Assembly: GCA_963693365.1 (NCBI GenBank)
Contig: CAVNZM010000005.1
Coordinates: 4,905,167 to 4,969,166 of the forward strand
DNA from: Amoebidium appalachense
Lineage: Eukaryota; Protista; Ichthyosporea
Length of the DNA stretch: 64,000 nt
Direction: 5' to 3'
Positions 1 to 27,585 of the stretch are shown piece after piece. Below the pieces are notes generated by a model, which had not been told where the DNA came from, made no database searches, and was given only the letters and a program-made list of their open reading frames with translations. Position 1 is the first letter of the stretch; every line of letters starts with the position of its first letter. The translations under genes and the position numbers were made by a program.

Positions 1-4292
<4,292 letters not shown>

Positions 4293-4638
4293 CAAGAAAA
4301 CGTGTTTCCGATACCAAATGTGGCGATGGCCATTTACTTCAAAAATTGATTGGCTCCGGGTCTTTTCGGGTTCAGTTGATTGCTCCTAGGCATTGGGTGG
4401 ACCAATGCGGATCAAGGAGAACACCATGACGTCACTGGCATTGGCCTCAATCGGTGACTCCTACCTGAGGTTAACTAAGGGGCCATACGAGCTTCGGTTT
4501 AATGGGCGATAAAGATATGGTATGTATGTATTATGGGGTGTATGTGTAATGTAGGTACGTGGGTATCGTTTGTAGTTTAGTGTTCCCATTGCGCAGTCGA
4601 GGCAGTAGGTCGAGGGGGGTGCAAAGCGTGACTGTAAG

Positions 4639-4671
<33 letters not shown>

Positions 4672-5177
4672 GGGGGGGGGGGGGGGGTTGCTGATGTTTG
4701 GTTGTTTGGCGAGGGAGGAGGGACAGGGGGAGGGAAAGATGCTGCATTATTGATTCATAACAACAGTTTTTCTCACCTCAAAAATGGATTAGATGCGTAT
4801 GCCCACCGGATCCAATTCTTCATTTTGATATGTAATGGCCATGTATGTGTCTCAGACCCTGCTCACGTACGCAGTACACAGCACACCACCTACGAATTTC
4901 AACACCGTACGAAAGAAAAGTTGCATGGGGAATGAGTAATAAATTACTTGCATTACCGTGGCGAATCCATGTACGGTGGGGTTTTGAAACGGGACGAGAT
5001 TTTATTCAGTTTCTGTTTGTTACGTTTATAACTTATCTTCACCGTATACGTGGGCTAAAGGTTACTCCCGTGCTCGGCTGCTGCCTATATGCAGTCATGC
5101 ACACCAGAAAACTTCATGTCATGCCAATACTTTCAATACATACCCAATACATTCCCTGTATCCTATGAACAGTTTAT

Positions 5178-5231
<54 letters not shown>

Positions 5232-5581
5232 ACACACACACACCTCTCCCACTCCCCGACCTTCCCGGCCCCATCCCGACCACCACCGCCACCATCACCA
5301 CCCACCCATACAAACAGTAACAAACAAAAGAGAATGGGCAGGTGATAATGTACATAATGTAACACGGGTGCACACACATGCATGACGAACCAAGCCAATC
5401 ACCCAGACCCACAAAACACGGTCAATTTGCTAGGAGGCAGTAGGAAAATAGTCACTGGATGCAAGTGTAGGGAAAAGGTTATCCATCCAAATATTATGCC
5501 ACTGGCTTTTACAGTAGCATCAGACTAAATGGTCCAAATGTTAATTAAAATCCCTTAACAAACCTAAAAACCGGTTTAAAG

Positions 5582-10484
<4,903 letters not shown>

Positions 10485-11242
10485 GTTGAACGGGTTGCAC
10501 GTGTGCGTACGTGTCTGTGTGTGCGTGTGTCCTTCCGAGTTTGGGGAATTGAATGGCTTTGGTAGCTTCGTGTGAGGTCTGTGCCTGTTGCTTCTACACT
10601 TACTCTAGCTCTGCCATATGTTATCCGAAAGGTGTGCGTCAGAAGTGCTGTGTATGCAAGACAACTTTTCTGTACCCGCGCCAACCACTGTAACTTGTGA
10701 CAAGGTTGTCACGTTCCAAACTACACAACAACCAATGAATATATGGGAACGTAGACCATATATGCGAGTATTTTCTGGAATGCTTACAGCTGCTGGCTTG
10801 AATAACTACCAATCGAAGAGTGGCCTAATAGTATAATTAGCATACTTTCTTGTCCTGATGTCGCAAACAACTAACCCAAATAAGGCTAATCCTATAATTT
10901 ACCGCGTTTTGATTGGTTTATGTTTCTATTGTTTCCCGCCCAAATTCCTTCTGTTTGCTCCGGATCCTTCAAAAAGTTTTCGCTAGTCGACACTGTTTTT
11001 GGGCAAGGAAAAGACCAGGGGAGTACACCAATGTTTTATATATGCTTCATGGATGTATAAGGGGTTTTTGTATTCTTGTTTCCAATATATAATTACTTCG
11101 CCCCAGAGCACTTTCAAGACAAAAACTGCACTTTCTCAAACTTTTTATGAAAGCCCATGTGCCGAATCGCCGAGGCAAAGTGAGAGCGCATTCGTTTCCC
11201 CATCGAAAGATTTCCCAAGTAGCACCCATATAATATCCCAAA

Positions 11243-12238
11243 ATGAGCACAGAAACACTACAAAAGGCCGTGGAGCAGCTTGCTCGCACGGATCCCACCG
11301 GGCTTGACCTGCAGCTGTGTATGATCAACGCTGCCCTGGCAAGTTACAAGCGCCGGTTTCTGTTCAAGCCTCTGCCTGCTCAACTTGCACCGATGGTGGA
11401 GGGAGATGACTTATCGAGCCTGGTAACTGGGCTGATATTGCATGCTTATGGGTGAAGTGCTGGAATGTGTGTGGTTTTTGATGTGTTAAATAGGGTAAAT
11501 AACATTACGCTGAATCAGATGTGTATGGTTATTTTACTGAGTGCGATTTCGTAGATCCTGCATCGGTGTGTGTGTGCTTTTGGTGAGTAGGTGCGTGTGG
11601 CAGTGTGAGTGCACGTGTTTAAGTTTTTCGGTTGGCAAATGGGTATGAGGGGTATGAACTTTTTCTAACTGTACGTGGTGAAGTGGGGGAGGAAACATGG
11701 CAAACCTTCGTCCTTGTTTAAATGTGCAATCCTATGCACGGTTGTCGCACACAAAACAAACACACGACTACCTGTCCCCCCCCCCCTCCCCCCGCCCTTC
11801 TCTTCAGCCAACCCGTTTCCTCTCCCCCCCTCCCCCCCCCCCCCTCCCCTCCCCAAACCACCACCACCACCACATCACATCTTCGTTCTCACAGACGTAG
11901 ATCCGTCTGACCGTGTTATCATCCCATGCAGAAATCTGCGCTCGAAGAGATCCCCTCGGTAGAGTCCCTGGCAGCAGGAGACTGCAAACTCTGTATCCTC
12001 TACATGTTGCGTGGGTTGTATTGGGCATTTTTTGGTTTTTTTTGTTCTGCTTTTTTGGTAGCTCCAGGAAGGTGCTCTCGATTTTATTCAGCAGAAAAGA
12101 TGTGCATACACGGCTTTCTTTCTTTTTCTTCTATGCAACATGCAACAGAGTAATGCACTATGGAATGAGAAAATGATTTCAACTTGAATGGGGGGTCAGT
12201 AGTGAAGTGGTGTTTGTGGTGCGTGTTTTTTTTTTTTT

Positions 12239-12271
<33 letters not shown>

Positions 12272-12736
12272 GGGGGGGGGGGGGGGGGGGGGGGGGGAAG
12301 GGGCGCCGTTGGGGGGGGGGGGGGGGGGGGGGGGATGTCACACTCAGAAAGGCACAGCAGGATTCAGTAGTAGAAATTAATCCGAACTAAACATGCCATT
12401 GGAATAGCCTGCCAACCACATTCCGCGTACCCCTTGACTATCCGCCAAGCCTGGCAGGCCTTTCAACTGGCGCATTTTGCAGCCGCCAACCCCTTCTTCG
12501 AGCTGAAACCCATGCCCGTAAATGAAACTGTAGGACCCCCCCCCCCCCACACACACACACACACACATACACACCTCCCCTCCCTGTGTCCCCCCCCCCC
12601 CCTCCCCCCCCCCTTCCCCCCCAACACACATACACATATTAGATGCTGTGTACCTTCCGATCTATCCATTTCCGTTTTTTCACTCAGTGAAGCAGCTTTC
12701 CCCCATCCCGTCTCACGCACACACAAACACATACAT

Positions 12737-12798
<62 letters not shown>

Positions 12799-13489
12799 CA
12801 CCTCTTTTTCTCTCTGGATATCCAAGCGGTAGAAGCAACAAACGATGGACACTCTGCCATTCACGTCCAAAGCACTCATTTAGGACGATACCAATTTTCA
12901 GAACGATTCATGTCATGAGGTTGAAATATTTACCCGGTATATCCCTGCAAATGCCCACTATCTCACCTCTCTGCCGCTGCACTTCCACCCACAGGTAGAT
13001 GAGATTATCTCGCAAACCGGAAAACCAAGCTATCCCATTCGTCCAGACCACATCTACGAGGTTCGCTACCGTGCATTCCCAAACCGCAGAAGCACAATCA
13101 CACAGACGCCGCCAACAGCCGAAAACATAAACACAGGCGTCGACGAAATTTCAAAACATCCAGTGATTGCAGAAAATGGCACAAACACAGAGAAGCAGAG
13201 TGTGAATGAAACGGGTAAAGAGTCAAACGGTTCACAGGCGGGAAGTGGGGAAGGTACACAGAATTCAGTGGATGACGGGAAACATGCGAGTGGGGGCATA
13301 ACGAAAGAAGCAAAATCGATTGGTGGGTGGGAGCCCGAGGGAAGGTTCGAGAAGCTCAAGCGGGAATATGGGGTGAGGCTCGGCTACCACGGATCACCGT
13401 TCGAGAACATTTATTCCATCGTCAATAATGGTTTGCAGGCACATCTCAACACGGTGGGTGTCTTTTTTGTCCTCTCTGTAACCCCCCCC

Positions 13490-13525
<36 letters not shown>

Positions 13526-13600
13526 CCCCCACACCCCCACACCCCTTCCCCCCGGGGCTCACACACACACAAACAATCACACGCACGCACACACACACAC

Positions 13601-13645
<45 letters not shown>

Positions 13646-13669
13646 ATCACACGCACGCACACACACACA

Positions 13670-13703
<34 letters not shown>

Positions 13704-13878
13704 TTCTATGGAGTTCTGGTTCGAGGGAGAAGAATTAAGAGCTGTTGAGCAGATAGGAGAGGAAGGGGGGGGGGGGGGGGGGAGGGGGGGGGGGGGGGGG
13801 GGGGAGGGGGGGGGAAGATAGCAGGAGAGAAGTGGTAGAGGCAGTGGTATATAGAGGCCTGTGGTGGTGGTGGTGTGT

Positions 13879-13912
<34 letters not shown>

Positions 13913-14359
13913 AGTAGTGTACGCCTGGATATGCCCAGTTGCAATCTACTTGTGACACCATTTCAGCACCTCTACTCTGTCCCCCTCCTCTTTCCTCTCC
14001 GATTCTCACACCCCAAGCTCCCCCCTCTCTACCCTCTCCTTTGGCCCTTACACACACGGACACTCCTAAATTGTACAAGGCACCCCGACAACACACAAAA
14101 ACAGCCCCCCTCCCCCCCCCCCCCCCCCCCCCCCCCCTGCATGTTTGCCAAACCACAAGCGCCCACGGCCGCACACACGTGCGCGCGCACACACACACAT
14201 GCATATGCATCACCTTATTTCCCCCCCCCCCCCCCCCCCCCCCCCCCCGTTCAGCCCCCTTCCCCTCACCTTCCCCCCACACACACACACAAATGCAATC
14301 ACGCTCACACACACACACACACGCTCGCAACCACCCCCCCCCCCCCCAACCCAACCCCC

Positions 14360-14406
<47 letters not shown>

Positions 14407-14578
14407 ACACAGACGGCCGTGTATGGTGAGGGCACCTACCTATCATCTGACCTGGCCGTAGCCAAAGACTTTGCGCCCAATGCTCTTGCCTGGAAGCAGA
14501 GTGCTCTGGCAGGCCACCTTGCCTGTGTGTGTGTCTGCGAGATGATAGACCACCCACGTACGTGCCATGTCCCCCCCC

Positions 14579-14609
<31 letters not shown>

Positions 14610-14677
14610 ACACACACACCACCACACACACACACACACACCCAAACACACACCCACACACACACACACATGCGCGG

Positions 14678-14714
<37 letters not shown>

Positions 14715-15118
14715 AACACACACAGCCCACCCACTGCTTTTTGTCTATATGCCCTCGTTACATTTTCAGGTAGATGTGCGTGTATAACTGCATGTTTGTT
14801 TGAAATGCACGCTGCTTCCGACCTGCCCTATCCCTTTGATCCACGCCTCCCCCCTCCCTAACCGAAAGTCCTTTTTTTTTTTTACGTTCGTTTCCCGGCT
14901 GTGGCCCTTCATGCCACCTACTCCCCCCCCCCCCTCCCTTCCCCCCCCGTCCCCATCGCCCCTCGCCATTCATAACCGCCACCGCCGCCGCCACGCATGC
15001 CCACACACACACACACTCACTCACGCACACTCGCACTCGCACTCGAGCGCGCGCACACACACACGCACACACACACACTCTCTCTCTCTCTCTCACTCAC
15101 CCACTTACTCACACACAC

Positions 15119-15165
<47 letters not shown>

Positions 15166-16405
15166 TGCAGAGCTCCAGAAAGGCAAAGCAGTGCAACCGG
15201 GGCTGACAGTGAGTGAGGAGGGCCGTCTACCCACCACCTACTATATAGTGAGAAATAATGAACACCTGAGGGTCAAATATCTTTTGGTCTTTGGCCAGGG
15301 CCCCGCCCCTTCAAAAAGGTATGTACATGCTGTTACACACACTCTCTCTTTCTCTTGCTCCCTCTCTCTCTCTCTCACCCACACACACACACTCTCTCTC
15401 TCTCTCTCTCTTTTCTCCCTCCCCCCACCTACCCATGTTCAAGTGAAACAGTATCTGAGTTGGGTTTCGTTAACGAGGTGAATAGGTCGAAACTCGGGTA
15501 CTGTGGATGACGTGGGCCCCCCCTGAGGATGGGCTCTGTTTATTATGCATACTCTTTATGTATGGCTTGCATTCTGCATCGTGTTATCCGTTTGTTCTTG
15601 TGTACTTCGTACTCTTTTTGACGCATTCAAACCCCCCCCCCCCCCCGTCTCTCTCTCTCTCACTCACACTCTTTTCTTGCTCTCCCTTCCCCCTTTCCCC
15701 CCCTCCCCCTCCCCACCCCACGGCCCTTGTTATGGGCTTTGTTCGTTTTGACTTCCTCTTTAGTGGTTTACCAATGTCTTTACTCATTTGGTTTCCCCCT
15801 CTCTTGCATACATCACCTGCCCCCCCCTCCCTCCCCCCCTCCCCCCCCCCCCCCCCCCCTCCCCCCCCCCCCGCCCCCTTCCCCGGTCCCTAGTAGTTCC
15901 TACCACCATTCCCAACCAGCCCTTTTACTCACATAACCCATCCCCCCACCCCTTCCTCTATTTCTCTGTTTGCTTCATATGCTTTTCCGTGGGTCGAGCC
16001 CAGAGTAACCATTTCGGGACACATTTTCTTTTGGTCCCCCCCCCCCCCCCCCCCACCACCACCACCACCTTTCCGTTCAACCCTCGAAACCCCCCCCCCC
16101 CCCCCCCCCCCTTTGTCCCCCCCCCTTCCCTCTTCTCCCTTCAGTGACTTCGTTCACTTGACTCACCTCAAATACGGACATGCCTGTCTTCTCCTCTCCC
16201 TCTACTTGCATCTCAGATTTTTTCGTGCAAGCAGCATCTGTTTGTATAAACCAAGACAGACACGAAAACAACATGCAGTAAACCCTAACCGACACACTGG
16301 CTGTTGTTGTTCTACTGATACGCTGACCCCCCCCCCTCCCCCCCCCCCCCCCCCCCCCCCCCCCCGGCGCTCCTTCTTCTCATACAACACATTTACCCTA
16401 CACCA

Positions 16406-16451
<46 letters not shown>

Positions 16452-16488
16452 ACACACGTGCACACGTTCACACGTTCACACGTTCACA

Positions 16489-16557
<69 letters not shown>

Positions 16558-16591
16558 ACGACACACACGCGCGCACACACACACAATCCAA

Positions 16592-16653
<62 letters not shown>

Positions 16654-16819
16654 ACCCACGTACAGGCACACATCTGGACGCAGCTTCCTCCGCCGTCACC
16701 CCCTGTTTGTAGCCCTGTGCCTGTACATGCTTCTACTCACGTACATCGGCCTTGCAAAGTCACCTACCCTTACCCGATTCCTTAACAGATACGTGTACGG
16801 TACGGTGGCTAGAAGATGA
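11243..16819 (+). CDS. PARP16: Mono-ADP-ribosyltransferase PARP16 (tail-anchored)
   Basis: Exons 11243-11422, ~11932-11992, 12450-~12529, 12995-13453, 14413-14557, 15171-15318 and 16666-16819. Motifs: [87 protein letters not shown]-terminal TM segment [20 protein letters not shown] triad present. Confidence 0.9.
11993..12449 (+). other. U12-type (minor spliceosome) GT-AG intron in PARP16
   Basis: 5' site GTATCCTCT and branch site CCCCTTGAC (12430-12438) with the branch A 12 nt from the intron end. No pyrimidine tract or CA run. Splicing restores the frame (..[14 protein letters not shown]..). Confidence 0.8.
15427..15631 (+). mobile_element. Poly-C-linked repeat, subfamily A, 5'-truncated
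   Basis: Near-identical to 1982-2184, with C-runs on both sides. Confidence 0.85.
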
Positions 16820-17239
16820 GAAATATCTGCGCATATGATCATAAAGTTTGTCTATATGTTGTATGAGCACGTGTTTGCATGGGGGAATGGGTGCCATAAT
16901 TGTTGGAATCAGCTCACGCCTGAGTAGATGTATGCTCCAGTGTTTTAGATAGTGGCTAGCCTTTCACTGGCATGGGTGTGGTTAGATGATGCAGCATTGT
17001 TGTCGTCCACGAACTGAAGACGGAAGGGGTGGGCAAGTGTGTGTATGCATTGGCAGACACGCACACGCACACACGGACGCACACACACACGAGATTGCGC
17101 ACGCCCACACACAGTCACACACACACAACCACAAGACTGTGTGCGCGCGCACACACACATGTACGCGCATGCACGCGCTCAAAGAGAAACACGCATGCAC
17201 TCGTTCACACTTACACATACACACGTGCGTGTGCACTCG

Positions 17240-17284
<45 letters not shown>

Positions 17285-18004
17285 CGATCGAGTAGCGGAT
17301 ATAATTAACGGTAGTTTTGAGGCACTATGTCCTAATGTCCATAGCCTAATCATCTGCCACGGATTGAAGCATTTGTTCTGTCCTATGATGTATTCTTAAT
17401 GCAAGAGGGAAAAAGAAATAATCCCTAGCAGTTAGTATAATGGTTTCGTATTAATTATTCCACAACTGATGAAGGTAATACTCAGCCTGTAATCTAATAG
17501 GGGGGGCAGAATGAGAGCTCGTTCCATGAGAAGTTCCGATTAGTATTAGTATGTTTCTTTGATGCAGTATCGCCGATTAGGTTAGCTCTTCTCCTAGAAT
17601 GACAAAAACCGATAGTCCTCTTCATAAATCTGGTTGTTCTCTCTGGGAAATAAGATTCACTGTGTGATCACGTACGCGTCCTCTACATGTTATGCCTTTT
17701 ATTGTGAGTGTAACCTGCCTATATATGAGACCAATGAAAAAATAATGAATAAATCCGATTGGTGCATGCAATATCTCATAATAGCTTTGAGTTGGTTGCG
17801 CCTGCACGTTCTTCCGTGGTGGTGGTTGCTATGCACGTGGGCATGACGTCACCAAGTACGTGCACGCGTATGTACGACTGCAGACTAGTGTTGGTGGTGG
17901 TGGTGCACATCTTTCCTCCTCCTCCTTCTCTCTCTTTTTTTTTTTTGTGCGTGTCTGCACAGCTGTGTGTGCGCACGCACGCGCGCAGCCCCCTGTGTGT
18001 GTGT

Positions 18005-18051
<47 letters not shown>

Positions 18052-18342
18052 CGCGGGGGATGGCTTGTACTTGGTTCACGTGCACAGGGTCTTCATTGTC
18101 TATATTTTTAAACTTTCGGTGGAAAAACATTTATATACACGACTTTGAGCTTTGGATGTGTTACATTACGCGCGTGCCCGTGGTCATCTTTGCTACACAT
18201 AATATCTGGGAAAAGGGTTGGTTACATAACCCATGCATTCGACAAAACTTTTCAGTCAATCACGATTACTCGTTGTGTCTATGGCAACTGTACTATATAT
18301 CTATTCTTAGCCCTGTATGATGCCCCGATCGAAATAAAATGC

Positions 18343-18393
<51 letters not shown>

Positions 18394-18849
18394 GTTGTAT
18401 CTCAGTGCACAGCTGCAGTAGGCCACAGCAGAATGCTCAAACGCAGAGTATATAAACAGGAAATGGTTAGGGCCCATAAATGTTCAGCGGCTGCATGCCT
18501 TTTTTCGGTCCATTTTAAATATTCAAGTGTTAAGATCTTACAACCACACATGCACACATCTAATGGTATGGACACAAAATCAGATGTTTTGTGGTCCTCA
18601 TTCGTCTTAGAGATGATACATCGATAAAACATGATAATGTCACGATTTTTTTTTAAAGATGATACTTCCTTCAAAGATGATATTTCGATTAAAGATGATA
18701 TTACGATTAGAAGGATATTTTGATACACTCCTAGACCCATCTTAGGGCAATGCTTGCAGGCAACTAATGTTATTACCGTAGTAAACTCACAATGATGTCC
18801 ATGAATTACCAATTAATATCTATTAATCACTCTTGTTTTGTAAATGTTT

Positions 18850-23601
<4,752 letters not shown>

Positions 23602-24191
23602 TCCGAAATTTCTCCTGCAGCCTTGCCCGGGTCGGGCTTCTCAACAGCGACTTTGATAAATCTATATGCTCGCTAGACCGTGACTATTTCTCGCTAAACA
23701 CAATGCAGATTGCTAGATTGCTGGGAAAAACTAGACAAGAGTAGTTTGTGGTGTTGTGGCCCAAACTCAGACTGCAGCTGACGGCAGCTGGATATTTTCT
23801 GGCTGACTTCCAGAAGTAGAAGGCCGTGATCTACTTTTGAATGGATGCTCTCCTATCCAATGGCGAAGAATATAGGGTCACGTGATCAGACTGCAACGCT
23901 CGGCGTAACCAAGGCAAGGCCTCCTAGCTCTGCTGCCACCTACTGAGATGGCTCCTTATTTTTCCTTACACATTCAGCGAACACTGGACTCTATCGAACC
24001 GTCGAGGCGCCGCGACAGAAAGCATGCACGCGGTCGCGAGAGTGTAAGGAAACTTAAAGTTCATCGCAGCGCGTGCACACCGTCAGTACGTGTGAGCCTA
24101 CTCTGACTTAGGAGGCCTTGCTGACCCTAACCCGTACTGGTGTTGCCGCACGTGCGACGTTGTACATCTACTTGAGGCGGTCCCTTTTTGC

Positions 24192-24232
<41 letters not shown>

Positions 24233-24754
24233 AAAGGAGACACCGCCTCAGTAGGTGGTAGTTGCTGACCCTGGATTCAGCTTCAGATCGTGATGCAAAC
24301 GTTTCCAGGCCTGTCAGCGTAGGAGGCCTTGAACCAAGGCCAAAGGAAATTAGGAGGCCTTGGGCGTAACCCGGTGTGACGTACGTGTGCCTTCGAATTC
24401 CGCAACAGTACCCGTTGCAAACACCACCACCGGCCACCATTGCAGAAAGAAACACTGAAAAAAGGGAAAGGAAAGGGCTCAAAAGAAGAAGGAAAGAAAA
24501 AGTAAAACGCTTTTAACTACGTGTCCCTTCTTCTTCTGTAAACGTCATGCACGAGCGTGTGTGAAATCTGGATCAGGTTCGGGACAGGTGCTCTTCTACC
24601 AACTCTTTTCCAGGAGTGCATAAATATTATAATCGTGTATGTATACGTGCAGGAAAACTCTTCCATATGGAAAGCGTGCTGCGCGCCTCCATTATTTGCC
24701 GCACCAGCAAGGGAAGTATTCTCAAATTGCGCATCACACGCGCTGTGCTGGGGA

Positions 24755-24797
<43 letters not shown>

Positions 24798-25346
24798 GGG
24801 GAACCCAACTAAATGATTTTCTTCTTAGTCTAAATGGTGCTTCATAGAGTAAGAAAACCCTGACATGTAATCGTCAACCAACATCTATTTACCTGATCAT
24901 GACATACCGCTGAGGGGATAATCCGAGCAAAACCCCCCATGCCTGAGATTGGTCTCTCTTTGCCTCGAGTGAACAGCGTAAATCTCCGTCTATATATGCG
25001 CAGCCTCATTTTCCATTACGACTGTGTTTGTGCTGATGGTCAGAAGCTTGCTTGGTGCATACACGTCAAGTTGTGTGACTTCGAAAAAATGGTGTGCCTA
25101 ATTAGAAGCGGGTTACAAAAAGCCGCATGGAACAGCAGTAGCTGAGCTGTAAGGCAAGGTTCCCGATTGCAACCAACCTGATCATGAATCTTGCACCTTC
25201 AAGTTGGTCGATCGCGTTCAGTATGGTAGGCCGGACAAGCCGGCACCAGACTCAGCAAGTTGGATCCTTGTATCATACAACTTAGTTTCTGCACGAAAAT
25301 TAATGTTCTTTTTGTTTTTTCTTGGTTTTAAGTCTTTCTTGTGTAT

Positions 25347-25409
<63 letters not shown>

Positions 25410-25440
25410 CGTGTGTGTGTGTGTTGAGGGCGTGTGATGT

Positions 25441-25471
<31 letters not shown>

Positions 25472-26003
25472 GGGGGGAGGAGGGGGGTGAGGCCTCGGAG
25501 AGGGAAGGGGGAAGAACAGTTTATTGTCGACATCCACATATACGAGATCTACTAAATAATATCCGGATATAAGCTTGATGTTGTGTGGCACCATGCCAAC
25601 ATGTTATGCATTACGAAATCAAGGCAGAAAGCTAGATAACATGTACATGGCAAACAGGCATACGTACCGAGACTATAGAAAATGACATTGTCACATTTCA
25701 TGGTTTGTTTTGGATGCACCCTGCACTACGGATATGCCAACGGTTGATACATCCTGTCCGTGGACCGGGCAAAGAGAAGAAAACACGGGCCGTGCAAAAA
25801 GGCATGCTACACATGCACAAGCAGGTGTCGTCGGCTTTCTATTGTGATCTTAGAGGTGCTTCTGCACTAATTACTGTACGTGTACACCGCGCCTTATTCT
25901 TCAAAGCCTTGAAAATATAAATCATCTCACTACAAAAAAAAATTGTACGTGAGTAGGCCGGAGGCAGATCTAGCCCCTGGAAAATCAACTTGGCCCGAGA
26001 TTG

Positions 26004-26607
26004 ACCCCGTCAATGCTCTGCCAGAGTGCATGTAAATTCATCAACCATTAACCCCGTCAATGCTCTGCCAGAGTGCATGTGAATTCATCAACCATAACAA
26101 CTGGTTCAAGCAAACCGTTCGTGCCTGCCAGCGAACTGCAACACAGGCATGTCCGTAGTAGAGTTAGTTGTACCGCTCTTGTTTGGTTACTCATTCGGCA
26201 TTTTAAATTCCATCATATATTTGCAACGCAGGAATTTAAGAGCATCAGAAATACTAACAACAGCGCCGATGTGAAACTGCTTCAGACGAGAGGCCACACG
26301 CCAGCCTGTTGCAACACAGGCATGTCCGTAGTAGAGTTAGTTGTACCGCTCTTGTTTGGTTACTCATTCGGCATTTTTAATTCCATCATATATTTGCAAC
26401 GCAGGAACTTAAGAGCATCAGAAATACTAACAACAGCGCCGATGTGAATCTGCTTCAGACGAGAGGCCACACGCCAGCCTGTTGCGCCCGCGCCTCCATA
26501 CGAACTAAAAACCAGTTATACTTTGCCAACACGCCACCCTGTTGCGCCCGCGCCTCCATACGAACTAAAAACCAGTTATACTTTGCCAACACGCCAGCAT
26601 GTTGCGC
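26004..26607. repeat. Nested tandem duplications (~47 bp x2, ~172 bp x2, 60 bp x2.3)
   Basis: cccgtcaatgctctgccagagtgcatgt.. occurs twice. gcaacacaggcatgtccgtagtagagttag... starts at 26139 and 26311. The 60-bp unit acgccagcctgttgcgcccgcgcctccatacgaactaaaaaccagttatactttgccaac is repeated. Confidence 0.9.
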
Positions 26608-26796
26608 ACAGTCAAATTACGAGCAAAGCTATTTTCAAGCTATTTTGTCTACATTCCTTTTACACTTGTACATCTAAGTTTAGTGTGTACAGTACATGAC
26701 ACTTCATTCGACTATGGAGTATAAAAAGCACGGCTGTTTATCTCGGGTAGCTAGCACGCAGGCCTACGTTTAAAAAAAAAGAAGAAAGTCACTTCT

Positions 26797-27585
26797 TTAG
26801 TTGGTCAGATAGAAAACTGTCAACAACACAGTGTCGACCAGCAGCACTACACCCATAATCGTGGCGCCCATCTTTGCCCAGTCGTTCTTGCGCGATGATT
26901 GCTCGGCATCACACCCCGCCGGGGCGCTTGGCACACGGCTCCAAACTCGCTCGGTTGCAAGTGTGGAAACTGGACGGAAAATTTGGTCGACGGCCTTCAA
27001 GAGAGTTTTCTGCAAATCCACAGAAAGGTGGCTTGTAAGGTCTGAAAGGTGGAGATCGAAGGAACTCCGCCTCTCCTTGTTCACCTCACTGGCCTTGCGT
27101 GCTTGGAGGTAGCTCTCCATACTGCGTGCTGAGAAAATCAAGGGGTGGTGTGGAACAACCCCTGAACACAACTCGCGAAGTATCTCGTCTTCTTGATCCT
27201 CTGGCCGAGTGTGTGGCACCAAAAGGGGCTCCTCTTCCTTCGGTTCGTTTGGCGTGCTGGCACTCGATGAACCGAAGCTAAACTGAAACGAAATACCGAA
27301 GGGAATGAGTGTGCTAACACTGTACTTGATTAACCTGACGACGCCCATAAAGAGCTCCACAGCACCAGCTGGGGTCTTCATATCAAGGAGCGGGCTAGGC
27401 TCATGTTTTGGTGTGGATGGGGTTGCTGCGTGACAAACATGTTGCTCACACAATGAAGTGGGTGCTTTATCCACGGTGTTTGATGTTGTGGTGGGTTGCT
27501 TTTCTAGCACTACCTGAAGGCCCTTGCTCGCAACAAACCCCTTTGGGACAGAGCCCAGGAGAGCCGAGCTAACTGTGCGAGCCAT
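26797..27585 (-). CDS. Hypothetical protein with C-terminal transmembrane anchor
   Basis: Uninterrupted non-repetitive ORF of ~260 aa ending in hydrophobic MGATIMGVVLLVDTVLLTVFYLTN*. A short upstream exon 27746-27707 (MKISCSQQKCPSQ, donor GTACGA) could splice in frame to the AG near 27574. Confidence 0.55.
   Translation of the reverse strand: MARTVSSALLGSVPKGFVASKGLQVVLEKQPTTTSNTVDKAPTSLCEQHVCHAATPSTPKHEPSPLLDMKTPAGAVELFMGVVRLIKYSVSTLIPFGISFQFSFGSSSASTPNEPKEEEPLLVPHTRPEDQEDEILRELCSGVVPHHPLIFSARSMESYLQARKASEVNKERRSSFDLHLSDLTSHLSVDLQKTLLKAVDQIFRPVSTLATERVWSRVPSAPAGCDAEQSSRKNDWAKMGATIMGVVLLVDTVLLTVFYLTN

Noticed and set aside
26004-26607. CRISPR-like array
   Set aside because: The units are contiguous tandem duplications with no unique spacers, the context is eukaryotic, and there are no cas genes.
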